A stretch of DNA of 48,587 nt from Euprymna scolopes (taxonomy: Eukaryota): the NCBI GenBank assembly GCA_053919585.1, contig CM132795.1. The stretch is one strand, 5' to 3'. Position numbers and translations under genes: made by a program. Under the pieces are notes generated by a model, which saw only the letters and a list, made by a program, of their open reading frames with translations, did no database searches and was not told where the DNA came from. Numbering within the stretch: position 1 is the first letter of the stretch; every line of letters begins with the position of its first letter. Below are positions 13,706-25,950 of the stretch, one piece after another.

Positions 13706-15499
13706 CTTTTCTTTCTTTTTTTTTATAAATAATTGAAGTTTAGTATTGGAGATACTGCAGATCTAAGTCGTTATGTAATATAAATACGGTCACTAAATGT
13801 TGAGTCTTTTACTAGCGGATTTTGTTGACTGAGACAAATTTCTTCAGCTAGTGACATTCACTAACCAAGAAAAAGACGAGCCTAATCAGAACATAAGTTA
13901 ACTTTGTTCGTAGTCTCCTAGTTATGCAACAGCCAATTAACCAGTAATGACAGGACAAATGAAATGAACACAACCTAAGGCTGAAGTCGAGAACAATCTT
14001 AGCAGCTTCAGCAAAATTAAATAATTTCGCTTTGTCAATTCCACCAGCATTTGGAGAGATAAAGTTAATCGACCAATGAACTGACGAATAGCAGACCCTG
14101 TACAAGTATGTCACTAAAATTTCTTTTTAGCAAGGTAACAATGTGCAACTTGAGATCGAAATCTCTCCTTTTTTAATCTATATAATTATAAAACTCGAAT
14201 GACCTTGTAACTGATGTAACCCACTTTCAGGTTTACGACATCGGGTTGCACAGGCGTGCATAAACTCATAACAACGTAAACAAATAAACACAAATCGCTT
14301 CTTTTGCAGATTTTGACCTGCGCACTGAAATATTAACGTTATTTCGAAATTATTTAACATTGGAAAAGTGGGGGTGTTTTGCAACTATTTATTACAACTA
14401 TACTGTCGCTATTTTCTTACAACTTAACAACTTTACCCCGTTGACAAACGTAAGAACAATTGTAGTAAAGCCAAGACTACTACTATATCCGTCCCGTTTC
14501 CTTCCCTTTTATTTTTATACATTTCTAGATACAAAATAGTTGTGAGAATGGCGAATTTTACACATTTACTTATTTTTCAATATTAGTTTTATTTTATTCA
14601 GGTATTTTTTGCTTCAGGTTTTATTTTTATTTTATTTTTTTTAGATTTTAAGTTTCTATAACTTGGTTGAAGGATTCCAATATGGGTTTTCATTCTTATA
14701 TTTCTCATGGGTAGGTTTATGTGCATTTTTGCTAAATGATTTTCGTCTGCGTTCGATTCGTAGAAAAATCATGCTTAATTTTCGATTTTTGAGCTATTAT
14801 TCGGAAAAATAGGCAACTTTACACGAATAGGGAGGATTTCTTTTTTTTTTTTTTTTTTTTTTTTCATGTTTGAGTGATCCGTCCGTGATTTTCATTCTAA
14901 TATATTTGCATAGAAATGTTTGTCAAAAGCTATTTTCTTTACGTCACAAGTGTCATGCTCATACATGAATTCCATAGCTAATATAACATACTGACCCAAC
15001 GGGTTACGGATAGTCTAGTTGTTATTCTATAAAGTGAATTAATGCTAAGTAGTAGAACCTGCAGAATTTACCTCACAACCCATAAAAAAATCAACGAACG
15101 AATATGTTCGTTTGTTCGGACAATCCACTTGGCATTGGTAAGATCTATACTAATCATTAGAACTACTTATGGTAACGAGGTTTAAATAACCTTTACTTTT
15201 CAATGTTACAATATTTTCTATTGAATGAAATATCCTAACATGTAATATCTAAAGAACCATGAATTCTTTTTTCTGTTTCTAATGTGTAACGGCCTTTTTT
15301 CTGTGGCATCAAAACTTTAACTTAATTAAAAACGTCTTGTAGTTTTACCATATCAAAGTGAATTCTTAAAATAAAGAAACGTTCTCTGAAGCTTTTAAAG
15401 CTTTACAAATATAACAAAGAACAAAACAGAATGCTAATAGTTTTAATGGAGCCCCTGCTAACCTATCTAATATCTGAAATGTGTAGGTTTCCGGTTATT

Positions 15500-16900
15500 T
15501 CTGAAAACGAAACCTTTCCTGTGAGTTGGCAAGGTCTAAGGGCCAAATGAAATAAGGATGCGTTCACTTTAGGATGTGAGGTGATGTACAGATTAAGTTC
15601 CAATCTGGCAGGTCGAAAATAAAATATTTGGAAAGGGCATTCTAGAAGTACACTAACTCCTAAAATAAAGACTGGGAGACTGAACCTAGCTAAGGGGAGG
15701 ATCCTTCATAGGATGGTCATTTGATTTTGTCAAGTCCTGAAGTTGGCATGTACCATGCCTAGACAACGAAAACGTAACCAAATCCATTTAATGTAAACGC
15801 TCCGAAATTAGTGATATGTAACCACCTTCGTAAAAATGGTGGAAGAGGCAACCTATCACTTCTGATTTTAATTTTAAGCTGATATTTTATAAGAAATTGG
15901 ATTGTAATGTGATGATGGCAAATCCCCACACCCTATTCCTATGTATGAAACCCACATATTTCCTTTAGCTATGGCTAAAACTGCTAGGAACATTTGTTCT
16001 TCCCTGGGCTATAATGAGCCACATTGTAGATGATACTTAAAAGGCAAGTATGTCATCTGATCAGGGGCGATGTGAGCTGTCACCTCCCTGACATACATCC
16101 AGAATTCACTCTACTTGGGGCAGTTGAAAAAATGTTCAGCGTTTTAAATGATATCTTTTTCACAACTTGGACAAAAAGGTTAAGGCCAATTCTGAAGCAC
16201 ATGCCATAGAGGCGTATCACATTAATAACAAATCACCAAGTCAGAACTCAATTGTTGTTAGTCTGGTGCCCAATTTCACTGAGGTGGTCTTCAACAGCCC
16301 CAGCCACTCTAAAGTAGATCTTAAGCAGTCTTTTCAAATAACTGCTGATATAATGTCCTATGCCAGGTAAGGTTACTAGACCTCTGCAGTACTTTGAGCA
16401 CTTCCCGAAACTCATCTACTAGCTTCGACTAACCCCTTAGCTTACAATTGCATTCAGCCAAGTAGTCGGTGGTCAGGTTAAGAAAATCACTCTAAATCGC
16501 AGAGCCCGACAGATTTCTATCAAATTTCTGCTCCAGAAAGACTTCAGCAGCTGTGACTTGTCAAGTCGGGCATTTCCAAGCCCCATTGACCGGACATGAA
16601 TACAGATCTCTCTACAAACGAGGTCTTTTCTGCTTCTACAGAAGTAAGTTGAAGGCGCCAGGCAGTTTGCAGTGAGAGGTAGTTCAGCTAATCTGTAAAA
16701 TATAATAGGAAAGATGCAAGTCCGAATCCGTTTAGTGTGGGGAGCAGCACCACCAATGGCGCTATGGCCTATTGAAAAAACTGGATCTGCTCTGGCATTT
16801 AGATGTTAAGCTACCATAGCCTGAGCTAAGCAATGTTCCTACAGCGGGATCTGGCTGCTCTTATCTCCCACCTTGCTCCAGATTTCCCAATTTGGAAGCT
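15500..16900 (+). mobile_element. Probable decayed tyrosine-recombinase retrotransposon (Ngaro/DIRS-like)
   Basis: ORF 16167-16370 (AIEAYHINNKSPSQNSIVVSLV...VDLKQSFQITADIM) resembles the YR N-terminal AIxxxH...D.RxPIT segment. Downstream are GLFCF, RQF and tttagtgtggggagcagcaccacca (FSVGAA, like HSFRIGAAT with a 1-nt shift). Upstream FTLGCEV and GHLILSS resemble DIRS-type RT motifs. Confidence 0.45.
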
Positions 16901-17659
16901 TGATTCGATAAACAGCTAGCAAGTTGTTTTTGACAAGGTAAAGTTTAAGTCAAGTTCTGTGACAAGACAGCTGCAAAAAAGCAAACTAATTAACTGGTGA
17001 AACAAAGCCATAAAAGGAACGCAACAGGCATGAAACCATGAAAAAAATGAAGCTCCAGTTTTATGGATCCTTCGATAAATCTTCCAGTCTCCAACGTTTC
17101 AAAACGAAGTCTCGTCTTGACAGCATTTAAATTTGCATTGTATTGGAAGGGTTCTTGGTTAATGCCTCTGATTTTTCTACAGTGCGAACATACCAACCGT
17201 GGGCGCTTATGCTATGCGACTCCATACCACAAATGTTAAAGAATAAAAAATACAAATATGCAACGAATAATCATAAACTTTAGAAAAATTAAATTTAATG
17301 TTCCTTGCAAAACGAAAGTCGAAATTAAATGAAATGTTTAATGTAAGAACTATAGCATAGATTTGGAACTTAGGTCTATACTTTCTTAAGCATCGCAACA
17401 ATTCGCCTGGTTACGATTTTCTTGGAGACCTGATCATAAAAGAATAAGTATAAAGCACCTGCTTAACAAATTATGCAAATATATAGCATAAATGAATAAC
17501 AAATCTTTGTAAGAAGTGTAATTATGTGAAATATTCAATATAATTCACAAGTCCAAATACATTTACACTTTTCTCATGCTCATTGATTTTTAATTGGTTT
17601 AGAGCGTTATGCATATGAACATCAAACCTGGTTCATACATGTGATGTAGCGAGTTTTAT

Positions 17660-17990
17660 TTTAACCTTGTAATTGGGGCAGACATTTCTTTGATACACCA
17701 AACTGGTACACCCCTTCGTTCATAAACATCCTGTCGTGTTCCCCTTGATAGCATTATTATGCAAGATATCTTGGACAAGTGCTTTTGCATAAGATCATAT
17801 CTTCCATGTATTAACGGCCAATGGAATATAGTTTTCATTTTCCTCACTTCTATCGTAATCTGCCAATTGAATCGTCTCGTCTGGTTTCCTAGTCTGAAGT
17901 TTATTCCAAGTAATACAAGTTGAGTGATCATTATATGCTGTTTTCATCTTCCGAGGTTGAAGATGTGCAATGGAGGTGGGTATCTATCGC
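17660..17990 (-). pseudogene. Possible Helitron Rep/helicase linker remnant
   Basis: Minus-strand fragments DRYPPPLH, ITWNK, IGRL / IGR*Y and LHNNAIKG resemble Helitron HxRYP...W...IGRL..LL.VxG motifs. Frames are broken. Confidence 0.25.
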
Positions 17991-18542
17991 TTTCATAAGT
18001 AGTTTCTTCGATTACATAAAATATCAACTTACATATACGCTAGCAAACATAAATTTTAAATTAATTCTAACATTTTTTAATAAAGCAATACGAATTTTTC
18101 ACATTTTATGAAGAATTTAGTCTATCGAATGATTTAAACAATACATTTTTTTATACAACTTGAAATTTAATATTGGTGAAATTGATTTCTAAATAATCCC
18201 AATGTGTGAACAAGTGTAAGTTATTCTCAGCAGGTAATTTCAAACTTTAATATCATCCCACAGTAGTAACGATGAAAGATCTCTAGATTATTTGTATGAA
18301 TCTCTTCAATTTTATGGGAAATAAGGTGGGGGAAAAATAGACTTCGTTATATGCGTAATTCGTAAAGTTTTGAGGACTTGGGATCCTTATCCAAATAGGT
18401 GTCCAATGTAAAAATAAAAGCTCGTGCTTTTATAGTATTTAGCGACATGCCTAACAGCTATTAAAAAAAACTTCAATTACATAATCTAAATGAATAGAAT
18501 CTTCATTTTAAACATGGCCTATTGCCGCTTGAACCATAAGGG

Positions 18543-18584
18543 TTACGATTCAGGGATCATGTCTTACGATTCAGGGATCATGTC
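18543..18584. repeat. Exact 21-bp tandem duplication at the 3' end of the CR1-like remnant
   Basis: ttacgattcagggatcatgtc occurs at 18543-18563 and 18564-18584. Confidence 0.95.
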
Positions 18585-18875
18585 TAAGTGGTAATATCTG
18601 TTCACATTACATTTAAACTTCTGTAGGTTAGTGCAGTTTAGGAAGCAAGAAACGGAGGGAATTTCAAAGTCTTTCAGTTCAAAGGAAGAAACTATTAGAG
18701 TAGAAGGCTTTGATATCTAGGGATCTCAACAGTAAATGGGTGGGTTTTGCTGCTTGCATGGTTAATCGAGATGGACGTTGATGTAGTATAAGTTCTAGGA
18801 TATCGCAATAGCATATTCCATTAAAATACTCATAAAATCGGCATTGGGGCGATGGTAGAGATTGAAGCCTGCTCG
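18585..18875 (-). mobile_element. 3' end of a CR1/L2-group LINE ORF2, decayed
   Basis: Minus strand reads FYEYFNGICYCDILELI...THPFTVEIPR...YSNS...RL*NSL..SCFLNCTNLQKFKCNVNRYYHL. This is the typical CR1-group C-terminus (HPxxV...RLWNSLP..CFP..NLQxFKxxVNR). Confidence 0.75.
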
Positions 18876-19189
18876 ATAGTATTAGTTTTCATATTTCGCT
18901 CTCCGATTATCCCAAATAAAGTACTTCCTAGTGTTTTGTTACATAAGCTGATTTAAACTTGGCTGTGACTACAGATTGCCATGTCAACGTTTGCACAGTC
19001 GCCGCTTTCGTTTTATATTTATCATCCCTTCTAGGCATCAAGATAATCTAGCTTACCCTTTTGATGTCGAGTTTAGTACCTATTCTTAATTACTGGAACA
19101 ACTGACGGATCACATTCCAATTAAATAATTTCATCAGATCATAAGTCTTAGACTTCATGATTCTGAAATGTTTCTATTATCAGCATAAA

Positions 19190-19396
19190 ATGGAAAGTTT
19201 CTTAGCTGCTAAGTATTCATTTGGCATTCGTTTTCTCCCAATATCTATAGGTAGAACTTTCTAGAAATACATTGGGTACTTACAGGGGGACATAAAGATT
19301 ATCAACATTTCCGAGTTATTGTGTGGATTGAACTTAATTCGAACTTGGCATACCCACATTTCGGTCCATGCCGTAAACCACTTGGCCATCGTCACC
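19190..19396 (-). mobile_element. tRNA-derived SINE (head resembles tRNA-Ser/Leu); 3' boundary uncertain
   Basis: Minus strand GGTGACGATGGCCAAGTGGTTTACGGCATGGAC...CAAGTTCGAAT. A box at 19388-19378, B box at 19344-19337. No intact cloverleaf. Confidence 0.6.
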
Positions 19397-20199
19397 TCTG
19401 CTGCTGATGATGAATAAAGGATGAAAAGACAGCAGTGGGTGTAATTTTTAAAAAAATAAGCTGTTAGGTATATCAATGTTTTGCTGTTCCATTACGTATA
19501 TCGAATACTCAGAAAAATATTTAAATTAAGATTTTTTTTCTTTTAATATGTAAATGTATACGTTTTTCTAATTTGCACCACTTCGGTTCTTCCGGTCTTA
19601 AAGGTACGAGTGAGTGCATCGTGAAACTTGAGGGAAGTATTTGTAAAGGAGTTTTTCAATGACCGACATTAAGGTCTTTTATCCTTAAACGGGGGTAGGC
19701 AAGAGTGTACTGTTAAAGCTAACTCCTAATAGCAGAAATACCTGTTACTTACAAAATGTTACGATTAATCTTTGCATAATGGCTGTTTTCCTAAACAGCG
19801 GAAACTCAAAACGTACAGGATTTATGCAAATGAGAAAGGGGATTAAAGCGCTAACAAGGAAGATGTTGTCTTGACTTAAATGGAAGCGTTAAAAAAAAAT
19901 TCTGAAATGAAAAACTTATCTCGTAAGCACAGAAAATAAATACTGTCTAAATAGCACTGTCTGCTAAATTGTCAAGAGCAAATCCTAATCTTATATATAC
20001 ACACGAGGTAAATGCAAATTCCTTTTATCTTTAATATAACATTAGCAAATAAAGTTTGTTTGGGTAAGTACATTTGTAGATGTGCTGTATTATATGCCGA
20101 AAATAGTATTTAGGCGATTTAAGTAGGTTCTAATAAACACAATAAGGCCCCTGCCCCCTTTACGTGGATAAGTATAAAGCTTATGGATACACAGCGTTT

Positions 20200-20329
20200 N
20201 NNNNNNNNNNNNNNNNNNNNNNNNNNNNNNNNNNNNNNNNNNNNNNNNNNNNNNNNNNNNNNNNNNNNNNNNNNNNNNNNNNNNNNNNNNNNNNNNNNNN
20301 NNNNNNNNNNNNNNNNNNNNNNNNNNNNN
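20200..20329. other. Assembly gap (130 N)
   Basis: Run of n from 20200 to 20329. Confidence 1.
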
Positions 20330-20629
20330 CCTAAATGACATTGTGCATGGATTAAGCAAGAAGTCTAAAATGATCAGTCAAGGATTTGAGACTTATTCCT
20401 TGTCATAACCAAACACAAACTAGGAAATGAAGCCGTTGAAATTCAATTAGAGCCTTACAGAATGGGTGTTCTTGAAAGGAATAGCAGTCCGTCATTTGTC
20501 TCGCCACTTATAAGTCTTACGTTGTATAGCTATGGAGCTTAATGATTCGAGTAATTTAGTTGGGCATCCAGCTTGAATTCTAGAAGGTATTGTACATGCT
20601 CATCATTGAGTAGAATCTAGAAAACTGAC

Positions 20630-20823
20630 AAGAATGAACCTGTAAATTCACCTTTTCCGTCTGTCTGTCTGTCTGTCTGCACTTTTCTCAATAACTACGC
20701 ATCAGAATGTTTTGAAATTTTGCACAAACATTAAACAGGAATGTAAAAATTTTCCGGGACAACTCTGGTTGCCCCCATATGGATGCTTTTCGGGTTAAAA
20801 TGGCTAAAATTGACACTTGTGCT

Positions 20824-20830
<7 letters not shown>
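20630..20830 (+). mobile_element. DINE-1/HINE-like (Helentron-associated) non-autonomous fragment
   Basis: (GTCT)5 at 20659-20678 followed by ttctcaataactacgcatcagaatgttttgaaattttgcacaaac, the microsatellite-plus-core layout typical of such elements. Confidence 0.45.
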
Positions 20831-20859
<29 letters not shown>

Positions 20860-21324
20860 TAACAGATTTCTATATAATGCTGTTTATCTATATTTCACGA
20901 TAATTCTTATAAAATGTTAAGGAAGCAAACTTGATTAGAATATTCCTGTGTTCAGATTTAAATACTTTTTCTACAATTTAAAGCAAGTTATCCATGCTGA
21001 AATGCTAACGTCACAAAACAAACCATGAACAATGTGTTTGTTCATCTTTGTACTTCATGAATTCAGAAGATATAGTTTCAATTGCAAACTCCTGTCAATC
21101 TATTTTTCTAAGAATGAGAATATTTTTATATCCACTGGTAATTGCTGCAAATGAGATACTGATCTTGGACAATCATTGTTTTAAAGAAAAATTATTAGCA
21201 AAGCTGTCCGATGTTGCCTGAGATAGATACGCAAATAGACAAAGGTTTAACGTGAAAATTTAGCTCTGTCAATTTATTTCTATCTTAATTTCTGAGACTA
21301 AAATTTTAGCATTAAGTTTTCAGA

Positions 21325-21621
21325 ATAGATGTTCGTTTTTATTCATCGGACTACTGTTCTCTTGGGTGTGGTTTTCACGTTTCGGTCGATATAACCTCTG
21401 ACCGTTTTCAGGTATATCTTGTCGAACTCTGTTTCTGTCGAATTCGGAATTTCGAGTAGTACTTACTTTACAGGGGTAGTGTGCTCTTGTTCTGTCATGT
21501 CTAGATAACTCGCAAATGTATATTTCGGTCGCCCACACTGAAGGTTGAACCTTCAACCTTCAGGAGAATATCACTTTTACAATTGATTTTTCCCAGTACT
21601 CTAACCACTGTACCACGGGCC
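21325..21621 (-). mobile_element. tRNA-like Pol III head followed by a body and a decayed hammerhead ribozyme
   Basis: Head GGCCCGTGGTACAGTGGTTAGAGTACTGG...GAAGGTTCAACCTTCAGTGTGGGCG has an A box at 21615-21605, a B-box-like GGTTCAACC at 21551-21543 and GCCCGT/GTGGGC acceptor-like pairing. Downstream is CTGAAAA-C-GGTC-loop-GACC-GAAACGTG (21411-21376). Confidence 0.55.
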
Positions 21622-21906
21622 TTGCAGACAGTTCTAGTACGAATTACAGGAGCCTTAAACTTATTTTTACTTCTAGTTGTAAATATCACCATTTATTACT
21701 ATATATTAATGTATATCTATCTGTATACTTATTACTTGTATATATATTGTTTTTACTTATTACTTGTATATATTTATAATTACTAGTTCCCATATAACTG
21801 AATTCTATATTAGGTCTACTTAGCAGTTGGTTATTCCCCAGCATGTTCTGCTTCTTTCAGTCGTCTTGCTCTCCACCGTTCCTCTGTCTATAATTTTCAC
21901 TTCATC

Positions 21907-21987
21907 CCATAATGGTAGATGTTTTATATCGACTGAAACGTAAAAATCACTCAAAATGAGTGGCCAGATGAATACAAATACCACATC
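21907..21987 (+). repeat. Second, inverted and more decayed copy of the HHR-bearing 3' segment of the 21325-21621 element
   Basis: atatcgactgaaacgtaaaaatcac...gatgaatacaaataccacatc aligns with minus-strand atatcgaccgaaacgtgaaaaccac...gatgaataaaaacgaacatc. Confidence 0.7.
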
Positions 21988-24900
21988 CTCATCTCAAAAA
22001 TTCAGAAACGTCAAATGTTCATTTGCTTTGTACTATATTTTATTTCAATAACTCTTAAGCGTTTATCAATTAAAACCACTTTCTGTTTTTATGCAAACAT
22101 GAATGAAAACCTTTTAATTAGAATGGGCAAAAATATTTCAATTTAAAGACCTTATAGTTAAAGGTTACAATTGCATACTTAGTTTGCAAAAGTTCTTCAC
22201 CTGCATGAACTGAATGATAATTTTATTACCACAACCTGAAGAATCTTGCTGAATCTGGAAATATAAATTTATACATTCTAAGTTTAACTCTGGCGCCACA
22301 GTCAGAATTTGCTGAAACCTGGGCCCATTTTGAAACGCATGACTGTGCCGTTAATCTTAGTCTTTTAAAAGTTTGTTCTGATGCTACACGTAATTGTCAT
22401 CGGTCAGGGAAAGAAATTCTTTTAAATTGAGGCAATTCTTTTTCCAATCTAGAGTGCCCCTTTTGAGGAGCTGGATTTACCCATATGAAAAGAAAGAACT
22501 TTGTTCAACTTTTATGGAGGAAAAAGTAAATATAAAAATATCATTTAATATTAGAATACGTTGACTAGCATAAGCGTAAAATTTAAGGATCCTAAAAATT
22601 TGAGCAAGGTAATTTTTTCGCCTGAAGCATGAACCCATTTGGGAAAAAACAATCTTGATCAAGCAACAAAATATTTAATAGCGAGAATGCAGATGTAAGT
22701 ACTCAAAAAAAAAGTTTAAACGAATGGAACTATTTTGAATTAAAAAAAAAAAATTGTTTTATTTCCCTGTATGATACGTGTATGGTTCATACACCAGTGT
22801 CGCCGTAAAACCATTTTCCTGTCTGCAAATATAAAACTGACACTGAAGTTAATTTATGCAAATACTTAGTCACAGCCTTGTTTCCGTCTGTGGCATTGGG
22901 TGAGGGGGCTGTTTCCGTCTGTCGCATTATGCCAGAGCAAGATCCACATCTTGACAAAATGGAGATATGACAGTGACCCGATGCCAGAGGGAAACAATGA
23001 CTCTTGATTAATCCAGACAGTACCGGGACTCGCTCTGTCTAGTAATAAGACCCTCTGGGTTATAAATTTTTGAAATCCTTTGAAATACAATTTCTTGTGG
23101 AATTTGTTTACAAATGAAATGCCTGTGAAAAACGGTATTCTAAGCATGGAATCTGTTTTAACCATTCCTTTCTTGTTGTTGACGATGGTACAAGATAAGA
23201 TCACCGTTTTGATGATTGCAAAGGTCGGCTACTCTTAAATTACTGTTTGGAAAGTATGCTCAACTTTTTCCTGCGTTGATTGGGGATAAAGTCGAAATGC
23301 TTGGTGTTTGCCCCTCCTGGTAACATTGTTATGCTCGTGACTATTAGTCATTACGGTTTCTTTTCGGTAAATGAGTGAGGGGCTTGTTTTCACAACTGTT
23401 TGCATGGTGCTGAAAACCATGTTAATTAGTACTTACTGTTACCTGTGATAAAGTACATCGCGGTATGAAATGTTTGTTTCTTCTAAATTGGATTATTTGA
23501 ATCTAGCCTAGATTTAATTTTTCAATTAGCAGATAAAAGGAACAGGTTTTGTCTTGAACTGTATCTGACGTCTTTCAAATACTAAGTAATTTTGTGTTAC
23601 AATAGATCAGCCATTTTCGTGTCATTACTGGCGAATTCACTAACTTTATGAATTTTATGCTGAAAGTTTCTTTAAATATATATCGTATTTGAGTCCTTTT
23701 GTAGCGAAAATTTGGTGTTTGTTTTTAGCTTTGCAGAAAATTAGTTTTGAAAAGGGAATGAAAAAATGTTTGAGGAAGCCGTAATTTTTACATTAACTGA
23801 TCTGGACATAGATAATAAACATTTTCAAATTGATTCTGCCCCGGAATTTGTACATCCAGATGAAAACACCCCCTGACACTCTATTACTCTCTAGATACAG
23901 ATATGCCAATCTTAATGGGATGAATAAGTCGAAATGAAAATGTATTCAAGATTATTTTGTAGAAATGGCAAACCCACAATGTATCAAACAAATGTTAAAT
24001 TACAAATTTAAACTTGTACGTTGACTCACTAAATACTAGTTTTTTGGGTTTTTTTTTTAAATAGAACATAGGATTTCAACATTTTCGGTTTTATAAAAAC
24101 AAATCTGGTTTACGAATGTACTTTGTTATGCTTTCCAAATTTTAAATGTCTCTATTTCAGGCATGAATTTCCTGAAGTGACCATATCTTTGTAATCCTAA
24201 GTACATTTGGATGAGCCAGTCTCTTTACAAAGCGTCATTTTAATGTATATAGTTAATTTAATTTTTTATATTTATCTTTTTTCTTTGACACGGCGACTGC
24301 TTAACCATTTTGAGATCTGACAAGTTCGTTTCTGCAAACGCTATTCTTGAACCAGGCATATCTCTAGCATAGCCGTTTATACCTTGATCTCTACGCTGTC
24401 ACCACTGTTATAATCAGGTGTCCTCAAAGCCAAAGTTTTCATCAGATGCTTCATATTAAACGCAGTGATTTCTGAAAACATCGACTTCCATTTAAGTTTA
24501 AGACTTTAAATCTCTTTTTATATATCAAACTCTTAACAGAATATTCATTAAGTAGCGTGGGTGCAAATTAACATGGTGAGGGATAATATTTACAGAATGA
24601 ATAGTGGACAAATTGCCTGACCTCAGACAGTTTGGTGCTTTCATTTACAATCTCAAACCTGGTAAGTGGTGTTATCAGTTTTGATAATGTCATCCCATTT
24701 ACTTGGACCTTATGGTCGATCGCATTGCTTGTGCTGTCAAATGCGAATCATCTTTTTAGGGTCAAATTAAGACGGAACCGCGAGTCCTGACCGCAATTTG
24801 TTTCAAGGTACAGTATTGGCCTATGTCATTAGAATGAGGTGATTTACAATGAAACGTCAGGATAAAGCTTTAATGATTCAACATTGTTCAGTAATGTCAC

Positions 24901-25828
24901 ACATGAAATGTTTGACTAAAAGAAACTTATAAATTTTATTTTCTAGTTGAAAATGACAAATTGATTTCAAATTTTTAATCATAGCTTTTCTGAGCACGAA
25001 ACGAGCCAACTCTAGTCCATTCATGCATGGGTCTTTTGCTCATATTTCTGCAGTTGAACACTATTGTACATTTGTTTACTTAACCACTTACACAACACTA
25101 TCCTCGTTGGCCGAAGGAAACGGTGTGGGGTCTATCGATAAAGATGGCTGCATATGTAATAACTTTTCAACTATTAAAACCGATCCCATCGGTTCAAGAA
25201 TGCCTTCCAGTGCTTTTTTCCCGCCTCGATTTCCATCTAGGGATCAAAGCTTAGTTTACCACACATCTCCAAGGCATCCTTATCTGGAAAGGTTGACCAT
25301 TTTTGACATCCCCAAACGCCATGATAGCAAGTATGACTTCGCCACTGATCTGTATGACTAGGCATCAGACATCACATCTTGTCAATGTAGACTATTTTCT
25401 CTGGTAGTGCTATATCGATATACTGGCTAGAACGAGGTTTTATAATGATCCTGAGTTCCTGGCTCCTTTTCAAAATGGCCCTGGAGTCGCTGACCATTGC
25501 TGCGTTCAGTTTTAATATTTTTAAAAGCTTTTTAGCGTAATCTAAATATTCGTAATAGACTTGAAAAATGGTAATTTTAATAGAAATGTGAGGATTGTAT
25601 TTCTTTTACATTTTTCTTTTGCATTTTTTGGCGAGAATTTTGTAAGTTTACTCGACATTAAAACTCTTAAGGATCTAAGAATTTCTAGAAAATCAGACAT
25701 GAGCATATTTAATTGAAAAATATTGTTCAAATATATACACAAATCTTTGGAGAATGTTTAAATACGAATAAGTGCGATTTGTAAAATTTAAATTACTAAT
25801 TCATAACTTATTTTAAATAATTTGCAGT

Positions 25829-25950
25829 TGTAAACCATTTTTTTAGATTGTTCAAAGCAAAACGGCAGTATCAATCCAGAGAAGCTTTGAATTTGTATAA
25901 GCTTTTAGATGAGGCGCAGTCTCTTACTGTGTGAAGATGTTGTGTGTAGA
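25829..25950 (+). repeat. Truncated relative of the putative solo LTR at 30688
   Basis: Shares the agt|tgtaa start and an identical 24-mer, ggcagtatcaatccagagaagctt (25864-25887 = 30732-30755). Confidence 0.6.

Noticed and set aside
17085-17125. Minus-strand hairpin followed by GAAACGTT
   Set aside because: No CTGANGA core upstream.
20090-20359. ORF-track ORF of 89 aa
   Set aside because: Artefact of reading through the N gap.
25023-25361. 112-aa ORF in a GC-richer block
   Set aside because: No recognisable motif or splice support; probably part of an unclassified repeat.
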